Virus record (IMG/VR): IMGVR_UViG_3300028920_000034
Span: 32,001-96,000 of that record
Reading direction: 5' to 3' (one strand)
DNA: 64,000 bases
Source of the DNA: a virus
Below the pieces are notes generated by a model, which was not told the origin of the DNA, made no database searches, and saw only the letters and a program-made list of their open reading frames with translations. Positions 56,346 through 64,000 of the stretch are shown piece by piece. Position 1 is the stretch's first letter. Every line of letters starts with the position of its first letter. Position numbers and translations under genes: made by a program.

Positions 56346-56416
56346 GAGACCCTCTTGACTCTTACTCTCCAAAGGGAGAGATAAGGTTAATTAAGCAGAA
56401 GCAACACCCGTGCCAA
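56346..56416 (-). promoter_or_regulatory. Dispersed repeat, copy 5 (inverted)
   Basis: Minus strand TTGGCACGGGTGTTGCTTCTGCTTAATTAACCTTATCTCTCCCTTTGGAGAGTAAGAGTCAAGAGGGTCTC. Confidence 0.8.
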
Positions 56417-56418
56417 GT

Positions 56419-56850
56419 CTAGTAGTCGCTGGTGTAGTCCACGTCCACGTAGAAGCCTCCACCCTTGATCCAGTGATACCAGACGATGGGGTGACTTCCC
56501 GGCTCACTCAGGCCCACCTGGTCCCCGAGGGGATGATTCTCGGTGAGCCCAGCTTCTTTCATAAACTTCAGGAGCTGGCGCTCCATGTTGCGTGTGTACT
56601 GGGCCAGGTCCTGGGTGAACATGCCCTTTTTGCCCACACCAGCCGGGGTGGGCTTGTAGAACGTGTCACCCTGTGGGTTGGTGTAGGAACCGCCACCAGC
56701 CTTTGTGCCCTTGAGCACCTTGGAAAAGCCGTTGCCGGTAAGGAGCCCGACAATGCGCCTGGTCTGCGGGGTCATCTTGGACTCGAAGAGGCGCTCGGCC
56801 TCCTCCGTGATCTCCCCCACCTTGCGGATTCTGTCGCTGATTTCGCTCAT
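56419..56850 (-). CDS. Putative internal head protein
   Basis: MSEISDRIRKVGEITEEAERLFE/S N-terminus. Confidence 0.55.
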   Translation of the reverse strand: MSEISDRIRKVGEITEEAERLFESKMTPQTRRIVGLLTGNGFSKVLKGTKAGGGSYTNPQGDTFYKPTPAGVGKKGMFTQDLAQYTRNMERQLLKFMKEAGLTENHPLGDQVGLSEPGSHPIVWYHWIKGGGFYVDVDYTSDY

Positions 56851-56856
56851 GGCTTC

Positions 56857-57777
56857 CTATCCCAGGGACGGCCACATCAGGATGGTCACGTTGTAATCCT
56901 TGCGCCGCCGTTGTTTGTTCTTGGGGTTGTACTCGTCCGCGCGCACCACGATGCCAGCCGAGCGGTCTGGCATCTCCCACCGCTTGAACACGGCCTTGAC
57001 GAACTCGCGCTCCCCGGCTTGCTCCTCGGTGGTGCCGTGGAGCTGTGGGTCGCGTTTGGCGAACCGCGTCACCACTCCCAGGAGCTTCTGGAGCTGCGCC
57101 GCGTCCATGTCAGCATTGAACCGATGGGCCTTGTCCCGGATGCCCGAAATGGACACGCGCTTCTGGTGACGCATCCGGAGCTTCTTGAACCAGTCGCGGA
57201 GCTTGCTGGCATCCGTCTCCCAGTCCATGACCGTCTTGTCTTGGCGGTCACTGATGCCACTCAGGAGACGAGACCCCTCGGGGCTATCGTACATGAGGAG
57301 AGTCATCCGCGCGTAGTAGCCGGGCTCTCCCCCGTCACGCAGGTACATCCGGTAGGCGCGATCATCGTCACGCCACACGGTCTCGTCCGAATGCTCCCTG
57401 GTGAGCCGAATCGCCGGGTCCTTAGAGCTCCGCACCCACACGACACCGTTCGGTGAGCTCTCTCGCCGGTACTTCGCCGCCCGGGCCCAGGAGTCAATCA
57501 TGCGCTCGGCCTTGCCGTAGGTCTCCCACGCCTTTCCGTCATCCTGGATCGGCCCATCGTAGCCGTACTCCAGGTCTCCCCAGGAGCCCCACCTGGTGAG
57601 GTGCCTATCGGCCCGCTTGAGAAGCGAGTCAATGTCCTCTGGGGGAGGGCCGTAGCGGTAGTCTGCCGGATCGTACTGATCTTTCCGAAGCGTGGCCCGG
57701 TACTTCCCGCCGATGAACCGCGCCTTGGCTTCGGTCACCAGGGCGCCGGCCGCGTGTAGGCGCTCGCGGAGCTGCAT
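56857..57777 (-). CDS. Putative internal head protein
   Basis: ATG 57777 (TGATG overlap); MQLRERLHAAGALVTE/AK. Confidence 0.6.
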   Translation of the reverse strand: MQLRERLHAAGALVTEAKARFIGGKYRATLRKDQYDPADYRYGPPPEDIDSLLKRADRHLTRWGSWGDLEYGYDGPIQDDGKAWETYGKAERMIDSWARAAKYRRESSPNGVVWVRSSKDPAIRLTREHSDETVWRDDDRAYRMYLRDGGEPGYYARMTLLMYDSPEGSRLLSGISDRQDKTVMDWETDASKLRDWFKKLRMRHQKRVSISGIRDKAHRFNADMDAAQLQKLLGVVTRFAKRDPQLHGTTEEQAGEREFVKAVFKRWEMPDRSAGIVVRADEYNPKNKQRRRKDYNVTILMWPSLG

Positions 57778-58184
57778 CAGGTCTCCCCGAGGGCCGCCGG
57801 GGCGAACATCACGGTGGCCCGCAGCTCGGTGGTGGTGGGCGTGCCCGTGGTCACCAGCTTGAGCTTCTGGCCAGGCAGGAGAGTGACCCGATTCGCAGCG
57901 AGGAGAACGTACACCACACTCGAGGTGCCAGTGAGCCACGCCATATCCCCGGCCACCGGGTCCACGATGTTGAGGGTCCAGGTGGACTGCCCGGCACCCT
58001 TGAACTGGAACCCCATCACCTCCACGGCCCGTTTCTCGGAGCCGGTGAACTCGAATAGGCCACCATGACTGTTCACGGTGTCCTTTGGGTACACCTTCAC
58101 GCCGTCTGTGGTGACCGGATCAGTGGTCGGGAGCACGCCATCGAAGTTGTCGCCAACGTCCATGACTTGTGTGATTGCGAACAT
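57777..58184 (-). CDS. Hypothetical beta-rich structural protein
   Basis: 135 aa with GGAGG RBS. Confidence 0.6.
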   Translation of the reverse strand: MFAITQVMDVGDNFDGVLPTTDPVTTDGVKVYPKDTVNSHGGLFEFTGSEKRAVEVMGFQFKGAGQSTWTLNIVDPVAGDMAWLTGTSSVVYVLLAANRVTLLPGQKLKLVTTGTPTTTELRATVMFAPAALGET

Positions 58185-58185
58185 G

Positions 58186-58470
58186 CTACGCCTCCACCAT
58201 CCCGCGATCCCACAGGGACGCGATGTAAGGCTTCACGCCCTTGCCCTTGGCCACCAGCTCGCCCCACCGGCACCCCGTCTCGAAGTCGAAAGCGGAGTAC
58301 ACCGGGGCGCGATACAGGGCGCCGTTCCGGAGGTAGTATTCGTGCCCGTCCAGGAACCCAAGATGGCCCCAGCTCCACTTCATGCCCTGGTAGGTCGGGT
58401 GCTCGTAAGGCTGCACCCCATGGACCATTTCCTGGAGCTCCTGGAAGTCCTCGGTGATGTTCTTCGCCAT
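58186..58470 (-). CDS. Small hypothetical protein, putative internal head protein
   Basis: MAKNITEDFQELQE/M; GAGGAG RBS. Confidence 0.55.
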   Translation of the reverse strand: MAKNITEDFQELQEMVHGVQPYEHPTYQGMKWSWGHLGFLDGHEYYLRNGALYRAPVYSAFDFETGCRWGELVAKGKGVKPYIASLWDRGMVEA

Positions 58471-58484
58471 GTGGGTCGTCTCCT

Positions 58485-59240
58485 CTACCCAGTGATGATG
58501 GCCGGCGGAGGCATCAGGGCCATGAGCTCCCTGTCCAGCCGCTCAAAGTCCGCCTGGGCCTCCTGGAGCAAATTGTCACCATCCAAGCTCACATTGCCCT
58601 GGGCCGCCGGCAAGCCCCCGGTGTACTTGCCGCGAATCCTGCCCAGGATGTACTTGGACTCCGCCAGGGCACGCTCCCTGATCAGGAACGCATCCTGGGG
58701 AGGAACCATGGACAGGTACTTCGAATCGAACGGGGTCTCGTACTTGTAGACGATCTTCTGCGCCACCATGTTGTCGCTCGGACGCGGCGTGATGGTGAGC
58801 ACCTTCGTTTGCGAGTTGAAAATCCAGTCCGCGTCCACGGACAGCACCCGCGCGCCCGTCTCCCTCATCTGTTGCCACTGGACGATCCCACTGTAGAAAC
58901 CACCCTGCCCCTCGTTCTGGAGATACCAGTCATAGGGATAGCCTTGCACGTCCAGGAACCCATCCCAAAGGTACTCCAGGTCCCACCCGTAGTCCGCCAC
59001 GAAGTAAATGTCGATGATGCCCACCACGGGCGGATCTACCGCGCTCAGATCGTACTCGGACTGATCGGTGACCAGTTGGAGCTCGGCCTCCTTGTACCAG
59101 CCCCTGTAGGCGCTCCACCAGATGAACGCATCGGTGATCGCCTGGTCCACCTGCTCCTCGTCCAGCTCCACGCAGACCACCGGGTGACCCAGCTTCCGCA
59201 TGATGAACGAGCGGATGTTTTCGATACCCAATGTGGCCAT
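58485..59240 (-). CDS. Neck / head-tail adaptor protein (T4 gp13-like)
   Basis: I...LG.PVV.VEL...Q...AI..A, ALA..K..LG.IRGKY...P...G.V.LDG..L..EA. Confidence 0.8.
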   Translation of the reverse strand: MATLGIENIRSFIMRKLGHPVVCVELDEEQVDQAITDAFIWWSAYRGWYKEAELQLVTDQSEYDLSAVDPPVVGIIDIYFVADYGWDLEYLWDGFLDVQGYPYDWYLQNEGQGGFYSGIVQWQQMRETGARVLSVDADWIFNSQTKVLTITPRPSDNMVAQKIVYKYETPFDSKYLSMVPPQDAFLIRERALAESKYILGRIRGKYTGGLPAAQGNVSLDGDNLLQEAQADFERLDRELMALMPPPAIITG

Positions 59241-60038
59241 CTAGTACCCCGTATCCAGGTCCCCCTCTAGCTCCACAGCGTCGAGATCTTCCTGTACCAC
59301 CCATGCCGGCCATCCCTCGAGCTCGGTGTGCTCCACCAGGCGCACACTGTCGGTGAATACATCGATCTCACCGAGGGCCGGGAAGTTGACGGTGACAAAA
59401 TGCGGGCGAACGTCCACCACGTCCCCGCGCATCCCGTGGAACGGCTTGTCCTGGCCCCTGGCGGCCACAACCTCCACCGTGGTGCCGCGTCTCACCTTGC
59501 CGCGGACCTTCGGCGCCTTGCGCTTCTCGCCCAGCACGGTGCGGGCGTACTCACCCTCCCAGGTGTTGCCAGTGATCACGTCCTGGACAACACCGAACAG
59601 CGGATCTCTCCACTCGTTCGCCGCCGCCGCCGCTTCCTTTTCGGCCTTGGCCATGAGCTCCGCGCGCTTGCGGGCGCGCCCGGCCCGGATGTTGCGCCGC
59701 TTGCGCTTCCGGAAGCCCATGAGCTTCTCGTACTCCGCCTGACCCTTGGACTCCCACCACCGCCAGCTCGCCGTGGCCAGCCGAGTGAAAAACTCTTCGC
59801 TGTGCAGATCCATGGTCGGATCGTTCCGGTACTTGTACCGGAGCCCCTTGAGGAGCCGCTGGAAACCCTTGATCGCCACCCGCTTGGTGTTGTTGTCCTG
59901 GCCGTAGGTCTTGAAGGCGTGGGCCTGGATGATGTTGTTGAGCTCCCGCCCAGGAGGGAACCGCTTGCTCGGGTCGCTGTGAACAGCCACCTCGTCCAAG
60001 TAGGTGCCCCAAAGCCGGGGCCGGGCTGGCCAGATCAT
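59241..60038 (-). CDS. Hypothetical protein with C-terminal KOW/SH3-like domain
   Basis: ATG 60038 with GGAGG RBS; G..VEV.......G..G.VV.V....V.V.F. Confidence 0.6.
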   Translation of the reverse strand: MIWPARPRLWGTYLDEVAVHSDPSKRFPPGRELNNIIQAHAFKTYGQDNNTKRVAIKGFQRLLKGLRYKYRNDPTMDLHSEEFFTRLATASWRWWESKGQAEYEKLMGFRKRKRRNIRAGRARKRAELMAKAEKEAAAAANEWRDPLFGVVQDVITGNTWEGEYARTVLGEKRKAPKVRGKVRRGTTVEVVAARGQDKPFHGMRGDVVDVRPHFVTVNFPALGEIDVFTDSVRLVEHTELEGWPAWVVQEDLDAVELEGDLDTGY

Positions 60039-60051
60039 GAGCGCCTCCAAG

Positions 60052-60120
60052 TTGGCACAAGATGTGCTTCTGCTTAATTAACCTTATCTCCCCTCTTAGA
60101 AGAGAAGAGTCTTGAGTGTC
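60052..60120 (+). promoter_or_regulatory. Dispersed repeat, copy 6
   Basis: TTGGCACAAGATGTGCTTCTGCTTAATTAACCTTATCTCCCCTCTTAGAAGAGAAGAGTCTTGAGTGTC. Confidence 0.8.
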
Positions 60121-60128
60121 CCTGACGC

Positions 60129-60398
60129 CTACTTGCGTAAACGCATCGCCGCCGGAAGCCCATCGTTCAGAAGATCGTAGAGCTGGTTACGGTACACCCA
60201 CGCCTTTTGGAGCACCTTGGTGGCATGGTTCTGCGCCGCCTTGGGCAGCTCATCCCATTCGGCCCCCTGATAGGCTTTCAGGATCTTCATGATGGGCCTC
60301 ATGGACGATTCGAGCTGCGTCAGCTCCACGATGATGCCACCGGAGCCCTGCTTCGCCTCGTCCAGGAGTTCCACCACGTTGTCGATACGGTCCTGCAT
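60129..60398 (-). CDS. Small putative internal head protein
   Basis: MQDRIDNVVELLDE/AK; GGAG RBS. Confidence 0.55.
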   Translation of the reverse strand: MQDRIDNVVELLDEAKQGSGGIIVELTQLESSMRPIMKILKAYQGAEWDELPKAAQNHATKVLQKAWVYRNQLYDLLNDGLPAAMRLRK

Positions 60399-60402
60399 CG
60401 GC

Positions 60403-61038
60403 TCACTCCTTGGGGGCGTTCTTCGCCTGGCGCACGATGGTGCGGGCCGTGGCGAGGTTCATGCGGGCCCCGGTATCACGCACGCGCTGGAGAAGAACGG
60501 CCGGGTCTGCGTTGGCCACGGACTGCACCGTGGGGAAACCTGCCTCCGCCAAGGACTCGGCCCGGCTGCCGCCCACGCCGTTGATCACCGTCAGGTCCTC
60601 CGGCTCCACATCGTCCTCGAGCTCCTCCTCGGGCTCCTCTTCGGGCTCGGGCTCGGGCTCGGGGGCCGGGGGCACGATGGCCTTCGGCTTGGGCGCGGGG
60701 GGCTCGGGCTTGGAGCCGGTCTCCACCAGCTTCTTCTTGCCGTCGCCGGCCGCTGGCTCCTCGCTGCGCTTGAAGGCTGCCGTAGTGGTGCCCTTGGGGG
60801 GCTCCACGTCGCGCTTGGGCCGCTCGGCCCGGGCCGTGCCCCCGGTGGTCACCTGGTCACCCGTGGGCGCGTAGACGAGCTGCGGGGGGATGTTGGGGAA
60901 AAGCTGGGTGGTGTACTTCTCCCAGTGGTCCCCTTCCACCACGGTCTCATCGGTGAACAGCACCCCGTTGAGCTTGAACCGCTCCGCGGGGTACTCGGGG
61001 TTGCGTTTGTACTTCCGTGCGTTGGCTCGGGTGGCCAT
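60403..61038 (-). CDS. Helix-hairpin-helix domain protein
   Basis: C-terminal DLTVINGVGGSRAESLAEAGFPTVQSVANAD after a Pro/Glu linker. Confidence 0.75.
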   Translation of the reverse strand: MATRANARKYKRNPEYPAERFKLNGVLFTDETVVEGDHWEKYTTQLFPNIPPQLVYAPTGDQVTTGGTARAERPKRDVEPPKGTTTAAFKRSEEPAAGDGKKKLVETGSKPEPPAPKPKAIVPPAPEPEPEPEEEPEEELEDDVEPEDLTVINGVGGSRAESLAEAGFPTVQSVANADPAVLLQRVRDTGARMNLATARTIVRQAKNAPKE

Positions 61039-61112
61039 GGCATACTCCTCCCTACGGTCTCATCGAATGTCCAATCTGGGGTAGGCCGAGCACCGGCGTG
61101 TTCCGCCAGGTG

Positions 61113-61673
61113 CTAGGAAACGCTGAACGTCGCGGCGTGCTGGTCCGACGTGTCCACCATGCGGCGACCGCCGACAACCCACGCCTTCAGGTACACCACC
61201 TGATCGGCCGCCGCCGGGATGCTCACCGTCACGGAGAGCTCACCTGCGTCGGGGGTCACCGTCAGGCGATTCGTCCCGGCGCCCGCGTCGATGGTCCCGG
61301 TGGCCGCCGTGTCCAGCGTGGCATCCTCGGACGGAATGAGGCAGTCCTCATCATCGAACACGCCGAAGTACATGGCCATGTCGGTGCTGTAGGCGTTGCC
61401 GTACAGGTCCTTGATGTCGAACCCCACGGCCGCCAGATCTGTGGCGTCCGCCGCCGGGTCCGCCGGGGTCTTGGCCACGGCCACGATGGGCGGATAGTCG
61501 TCGTCCTCGAGCTCGCAGACGATCTGGACGGTGGAGCTGGCGTACAGCTCCTGCATCTGGGCCGCCTCGTCCACCGTGCGACCGGTGAGGGCCTTCGTGG
61601 TGCCCGCTGCACAGCTCACCGCTCCGGGCATCGGAACGGGGTTTGCGCTGCGATTCACACAGGTGATTTTCAT
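61113..61673 (-). CDS. Putative capsid decoration protein
   Basis: Directly after the MCP; acidic and beta-rich; GGAGGA RBS. Confidence 0.5.
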   Translation of the reverse strand: MKITCVNRSANPVPMPGAVSCAAGTTKALTGRTVDEAAQMQELYASSTVQIVCELEDDDYPPIVAVAKTPADPAADATDLAAVGFDIKDLYGNAYSTDMAMYFGVFDDEDCLIPSEDATLDTAATGTIDAGAGTNRLTVTPDAGELSVTVSIPAAADQVVYLKAWVVGGRRMVDTSDQHAATFSVS

Positions 61674-61712
61674 GTTGGAATCCTCCTCCGCAGTAGCTTG
61701 AAACCTGAAGTC

Positions 61713-61763
61713 GGATCCAGCGGGGGTGACTGCCGCGGGAGGTGGTCACCCCCGCTGGGATCC
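61713..61763. terminator. Strong stem-loop downstream of the major capsid gene
   Basis: 14-bp perfect stem CCAGCGGGGGTGAC/GTCACCCCCGCTGG with GGATC-flanked extension. Confidence 0.65.
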
Positions 61764-61782
61764 TGAACGACACGATCTCACG

Positions 61783-63282
61783 CTACGGGGTGTTGTCCAC
61801 CTCGAGGGCGCCGTAGAAGTTGCTGTTCATCAGCTTCGTGGCGTACCGGGTCCGGAGCCCCTTGCGCGCCTGGAAGTTGCCCGGATCCAGCCAGGTGCTG
61901 GTGATCTGGAGCCCCACGTAGGGGGCGTAGGCGTAACCGCTGTCGAGGAAGGTGCTCCCCTTGAGCCCGACCACAGCCTTGCCAGACTCGAAGTACGGAT
62001 CCACGATCACGCGCCAGCGGTTCTGGAGCGTGCCGGCCTCGAAGATCCCGTAGCCCTGGGGGGCGTTCGGGAGCGGGAAGCCGGGGCGCCCGCCTGTGCC
62101 GATCCCCTGGATGGGGTCGGTCTGGGAGAACACGCCCTTGAAGTCGCCGTGGCGGCTCAGGGCCGAGATCACCGTGGACACGTCGGGCGCGCACACGATG
62201 AAGTTGCCCGGACCGCGCTTGGTGCGGGTGTGGATCTCCGTGGCGATCTTGTCCAGCTTGGTGAGGATCCCGGAGTAGTGCTCCACCGGGCTCCGGCCGG
62301 GGGGCACCGTCGCGTCGAAGGTCTCCTTGTTGGTGCCGGCGTCCGCCGCCACGTACAGGTCCTGGATGATCTCGCGGTCGATCTCCAGCCCGATCTCGCT
62401 GGCCAGGCCGCCCACCAGCTCGGACTCAATGTCCAAGCCCAGCATGGCCCGCATGTCGTCGGCCGCCTCGGAGCTCCACAGCGCCTTGAGCTTCCGGCTC
62501 CACGCCTGGACGGGCTCGAGGGAGATCTCGACGTTCACCTCGGGCACGTTGGCCGACGCCGCCTCCATGGAGAACCAGTAGTTGGCGTAGATGGGGGTGA
62601 GGTTCTTCACGTTCGCGGAGAACGTGATGTTGAAGTCGCCGCTGGCGTAGGTGACCGTGGACGCGGCGCCCGTGTCACCGGCCAGGGTGCCGGATCCGTC
62701 CGCATCGTAGATCCGGAGCACGTTGTCGGACACGTCCACCGTGGTGAACTCGAGGCCCGCGCGGCCGAAGTTGTCCTTCGGCACCACCGGGAACCAGTCC
62801 AGGGTCCCGGTGTAGTTGGCCGTGGATCCGTCTCCGGTGTCCACCAGCTCGTGGTACACGCGCTCCGAGCTGTAGAACCGGTCGAAGTTTTGGATCATGT
62901 TCTGACCCGCGGTGACCGATCCCTTGCTGGTGCCGTACTTGTACTCGAAGAAGAAGATCCCGCCGATGGGCGCGCTCATCGGCTGGACGCTCACCAGGCC
63001 GTTGGCGAACAGGCTCGCCCACACGCGGCGGACCAGCGGGAAGATGAACTTCACGTAGTCCGGCACGGCCGCCTTGGTGGTGGCCTCGCTGATGATCCCG
63101 GACTTCCGCACCTCGTCGCGGAGGTGGTTCATCTGGTTCTCGAAGAGGCGCGCCAGGTTGCGCCGATCCCAGTCCTCATCGATCCCGTCGAGGAGCCACG
63201 CCCACTTCTGCTTGAGGATCTCGTCCACCCGGTCCTGGCCTCCGAAGCCGCCCGGGGCCTTCACCATGTCTCTTGCCTGCAT
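61783..63282 (-). CDS. Major capsid protein (T4 gp23-like)
   Basis: KW..LLDGI, LFENQ, FPLVRRV...L.A..LVSVQPM..P.G.IF, SRKLKA.WS.EA..D, EI.LEIDREII, G..YAPYV, RKGL.TRYA. Confidence 0.95.
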   Translation of the reverse strand: MQARDMVKAPGGFGGQDRVDEILKQKWAWLLDGIDEDWDRRNLARLFENQMNHLRDEVRKSGIISEATTKAAVPDYVKFIFPLVRRVWASLFANGLVSVQPMSAPIGGIFFFEYKYGTSKGSVTAGQNMIQNFDRFYSSERVYHELVDTGDGSTANYTGTLDWFPVVPKDNFGRAGLEFTTVDVSDNVLRIYDADGSGTLAGDTGAASTVTYASGDFNITFSANVKNLTPIYANYWFSMEAASANVPEVNVEISLEPVQAWSRKLKALWSSEAADDMRAMLGLDIESELVGGLASEIGLEIDREIIQDLYVAADAGTNKETFDATVPPGRSPVEHYSGILTKLDKIATEIHTRTKRGPGNFIVCAPDVSTVISALSRHGDFKGVFSQTDPIQGIGTGGRPGFPLPNAPQGYGIFEAGTLQNRWRVIVDPYFESGKAVVGLKGSTFLDSGYAYAPYVGLQITSTWLDPGNFQARKGLRTRYATKLMNSNFYGALEVDNTP

Positions 63283-63343
63283 TTCTGCCTCCTAAATCCG
63301 GTTCACGCGCTCATTGCGCGTTGGTTTTCCTGGAAGAGATCCC

Positions 63344-64000
63344 CTAGTAGGGCCCCTTGTCGTCGTCGCGTCCTTCGGACAGGCCGCAGAGCTTCCGGAG
63401 CTCTTTCTGGCCCACGCCGAACAGATCGTAGCCGTCCTCGGTGAGGGGCACCTGGCCGCCGCCACCCTCCGGCATGTGCATGGCGCCCGTGAACCCCTCG
63501 GTGAAGTCCTGCGGGTCCTCGTCCCCCTCGGTGAGGTGGGACAGGCCGCCGCCGAACTCGGACGAGATCTGATCGAACTCGTCCGACAAGGGATTGGCCG
63601 CCTCGAAGGATTCGATCAGCCGGTCCACGGCACGCTTGCCCTCCAGGCGCACGTTCTCCGCTTGCTCGCGGATGGCGCTGGCCTGGGGATGGGCGTTCAG
63701 GCGCTGCTCGAGGTACGCCTTGGTGCCCAGGGCCTTGCCGAGCTCCACGGACTTGCCCAGGGCCCGGCGGAGCTTCTCGTTCTCGGCCTTCATGGCCGCG
63801 AGCTCCGCGTTCTCCTCCTCCTGGCGCGTGGTCTCGGTGAGCACCGACTCCACCGTGCTGGCGAGGGCCTCCTTGAACTCTTCGATGGACCCGAAACGGG
63901 ACAGGTCCCCGAGCATCCCGAGGATGTGCTCCTTCGTGTCCACTTCCTCGAGCGTGCCCAGTGCGCGCTCGGCGTAGTAGCGACAGGAGAGCTCCTCGGT
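63344..64000 (-). CDS. Prohead scaffold/core protein, 5' part outside the window
   Basis: Acidic coiled coil upstream of the MCP with several LTE motifs; the frame stays open to the window edge. Confidence 0.65.
   Translation of the reverse strand, partial: TEELSCRYYAERALGTLEEVDTKEHILGMLGDLSRFGSIEEFKEALASTVESVLTETTRQEEENAELAAMKAENEKLRRALGKSVELGKALGTKAYLEQRLNAHPQASAIREQAENVRLEGKRAVDRLIESFEAANPLSDEFDQISSEFGGGLSHLTEGDEDPQDFTEGFTGAMHMPEGGGGQVPLTEDGYDLFGVGQKELRKLCGLSEGRDDDKGPY

Noticed and set aside
10735-60120. Dispersed repeat as IS/MITE or CRISPR repeat
   Set aside because: No terminal inverted repeats, target-site duplications or transposase are evident, and the copies are kilobases apart.
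1-64000. Genome-wide stop-codon reassignment
   Set aside because: Genes are intact and densely packed under the standard code, with TGA, TAG and TAA all used as stops; only one in-frame TGA candidate was seen.

Overview
A 64 kb, GC-rich segment of a large contractile-tailed (myovirus-like) phage or prophage. Essentially all genes lie on the minus strand. Reading right to left, the order is: partial scaffold/core protein, T4 gp23-like major capsid protein, decoration and neck proteins, a cluster of small probable internal-head proteins, tail terminator, sheath, two tubes, a tail chaperone with a -1 slippery site, tape measure, hub/spike/wedge baseplate genes resembling extracellular contractile injection systems, several fibre/tailspike genes, and membrane/lysis candidates. 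The left end is a non-structural block: DUF5131 radical-SAM-like protein, DNA methyltransferase, an iteron array (probable origin), a GHKL-ATPase/HExxH fusion, a YkgJ-like Cys-cluster protein, small Zn-finger proteins and a truncated HTH replication-initiator-like gene. The most striking unexplained signal is a ~70 bp intergenic element in six copies. Each copy carries a sigma54-type -24/-12 motif (TGGCAC-N5-TTGC, GTGC in one copy), an AT-rich core and a hairpin; five copies point antisense to the virion genes and one is inverted. Other candidates are an in-frame UGA in a UxxC context followed by a SECIS-like hairpin, a beta-module shared by capsid, sheath and baseplate proteins, and a u-spanin-like lipoprotein. 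All product calls come from motif recognition and gene order, not database searches.
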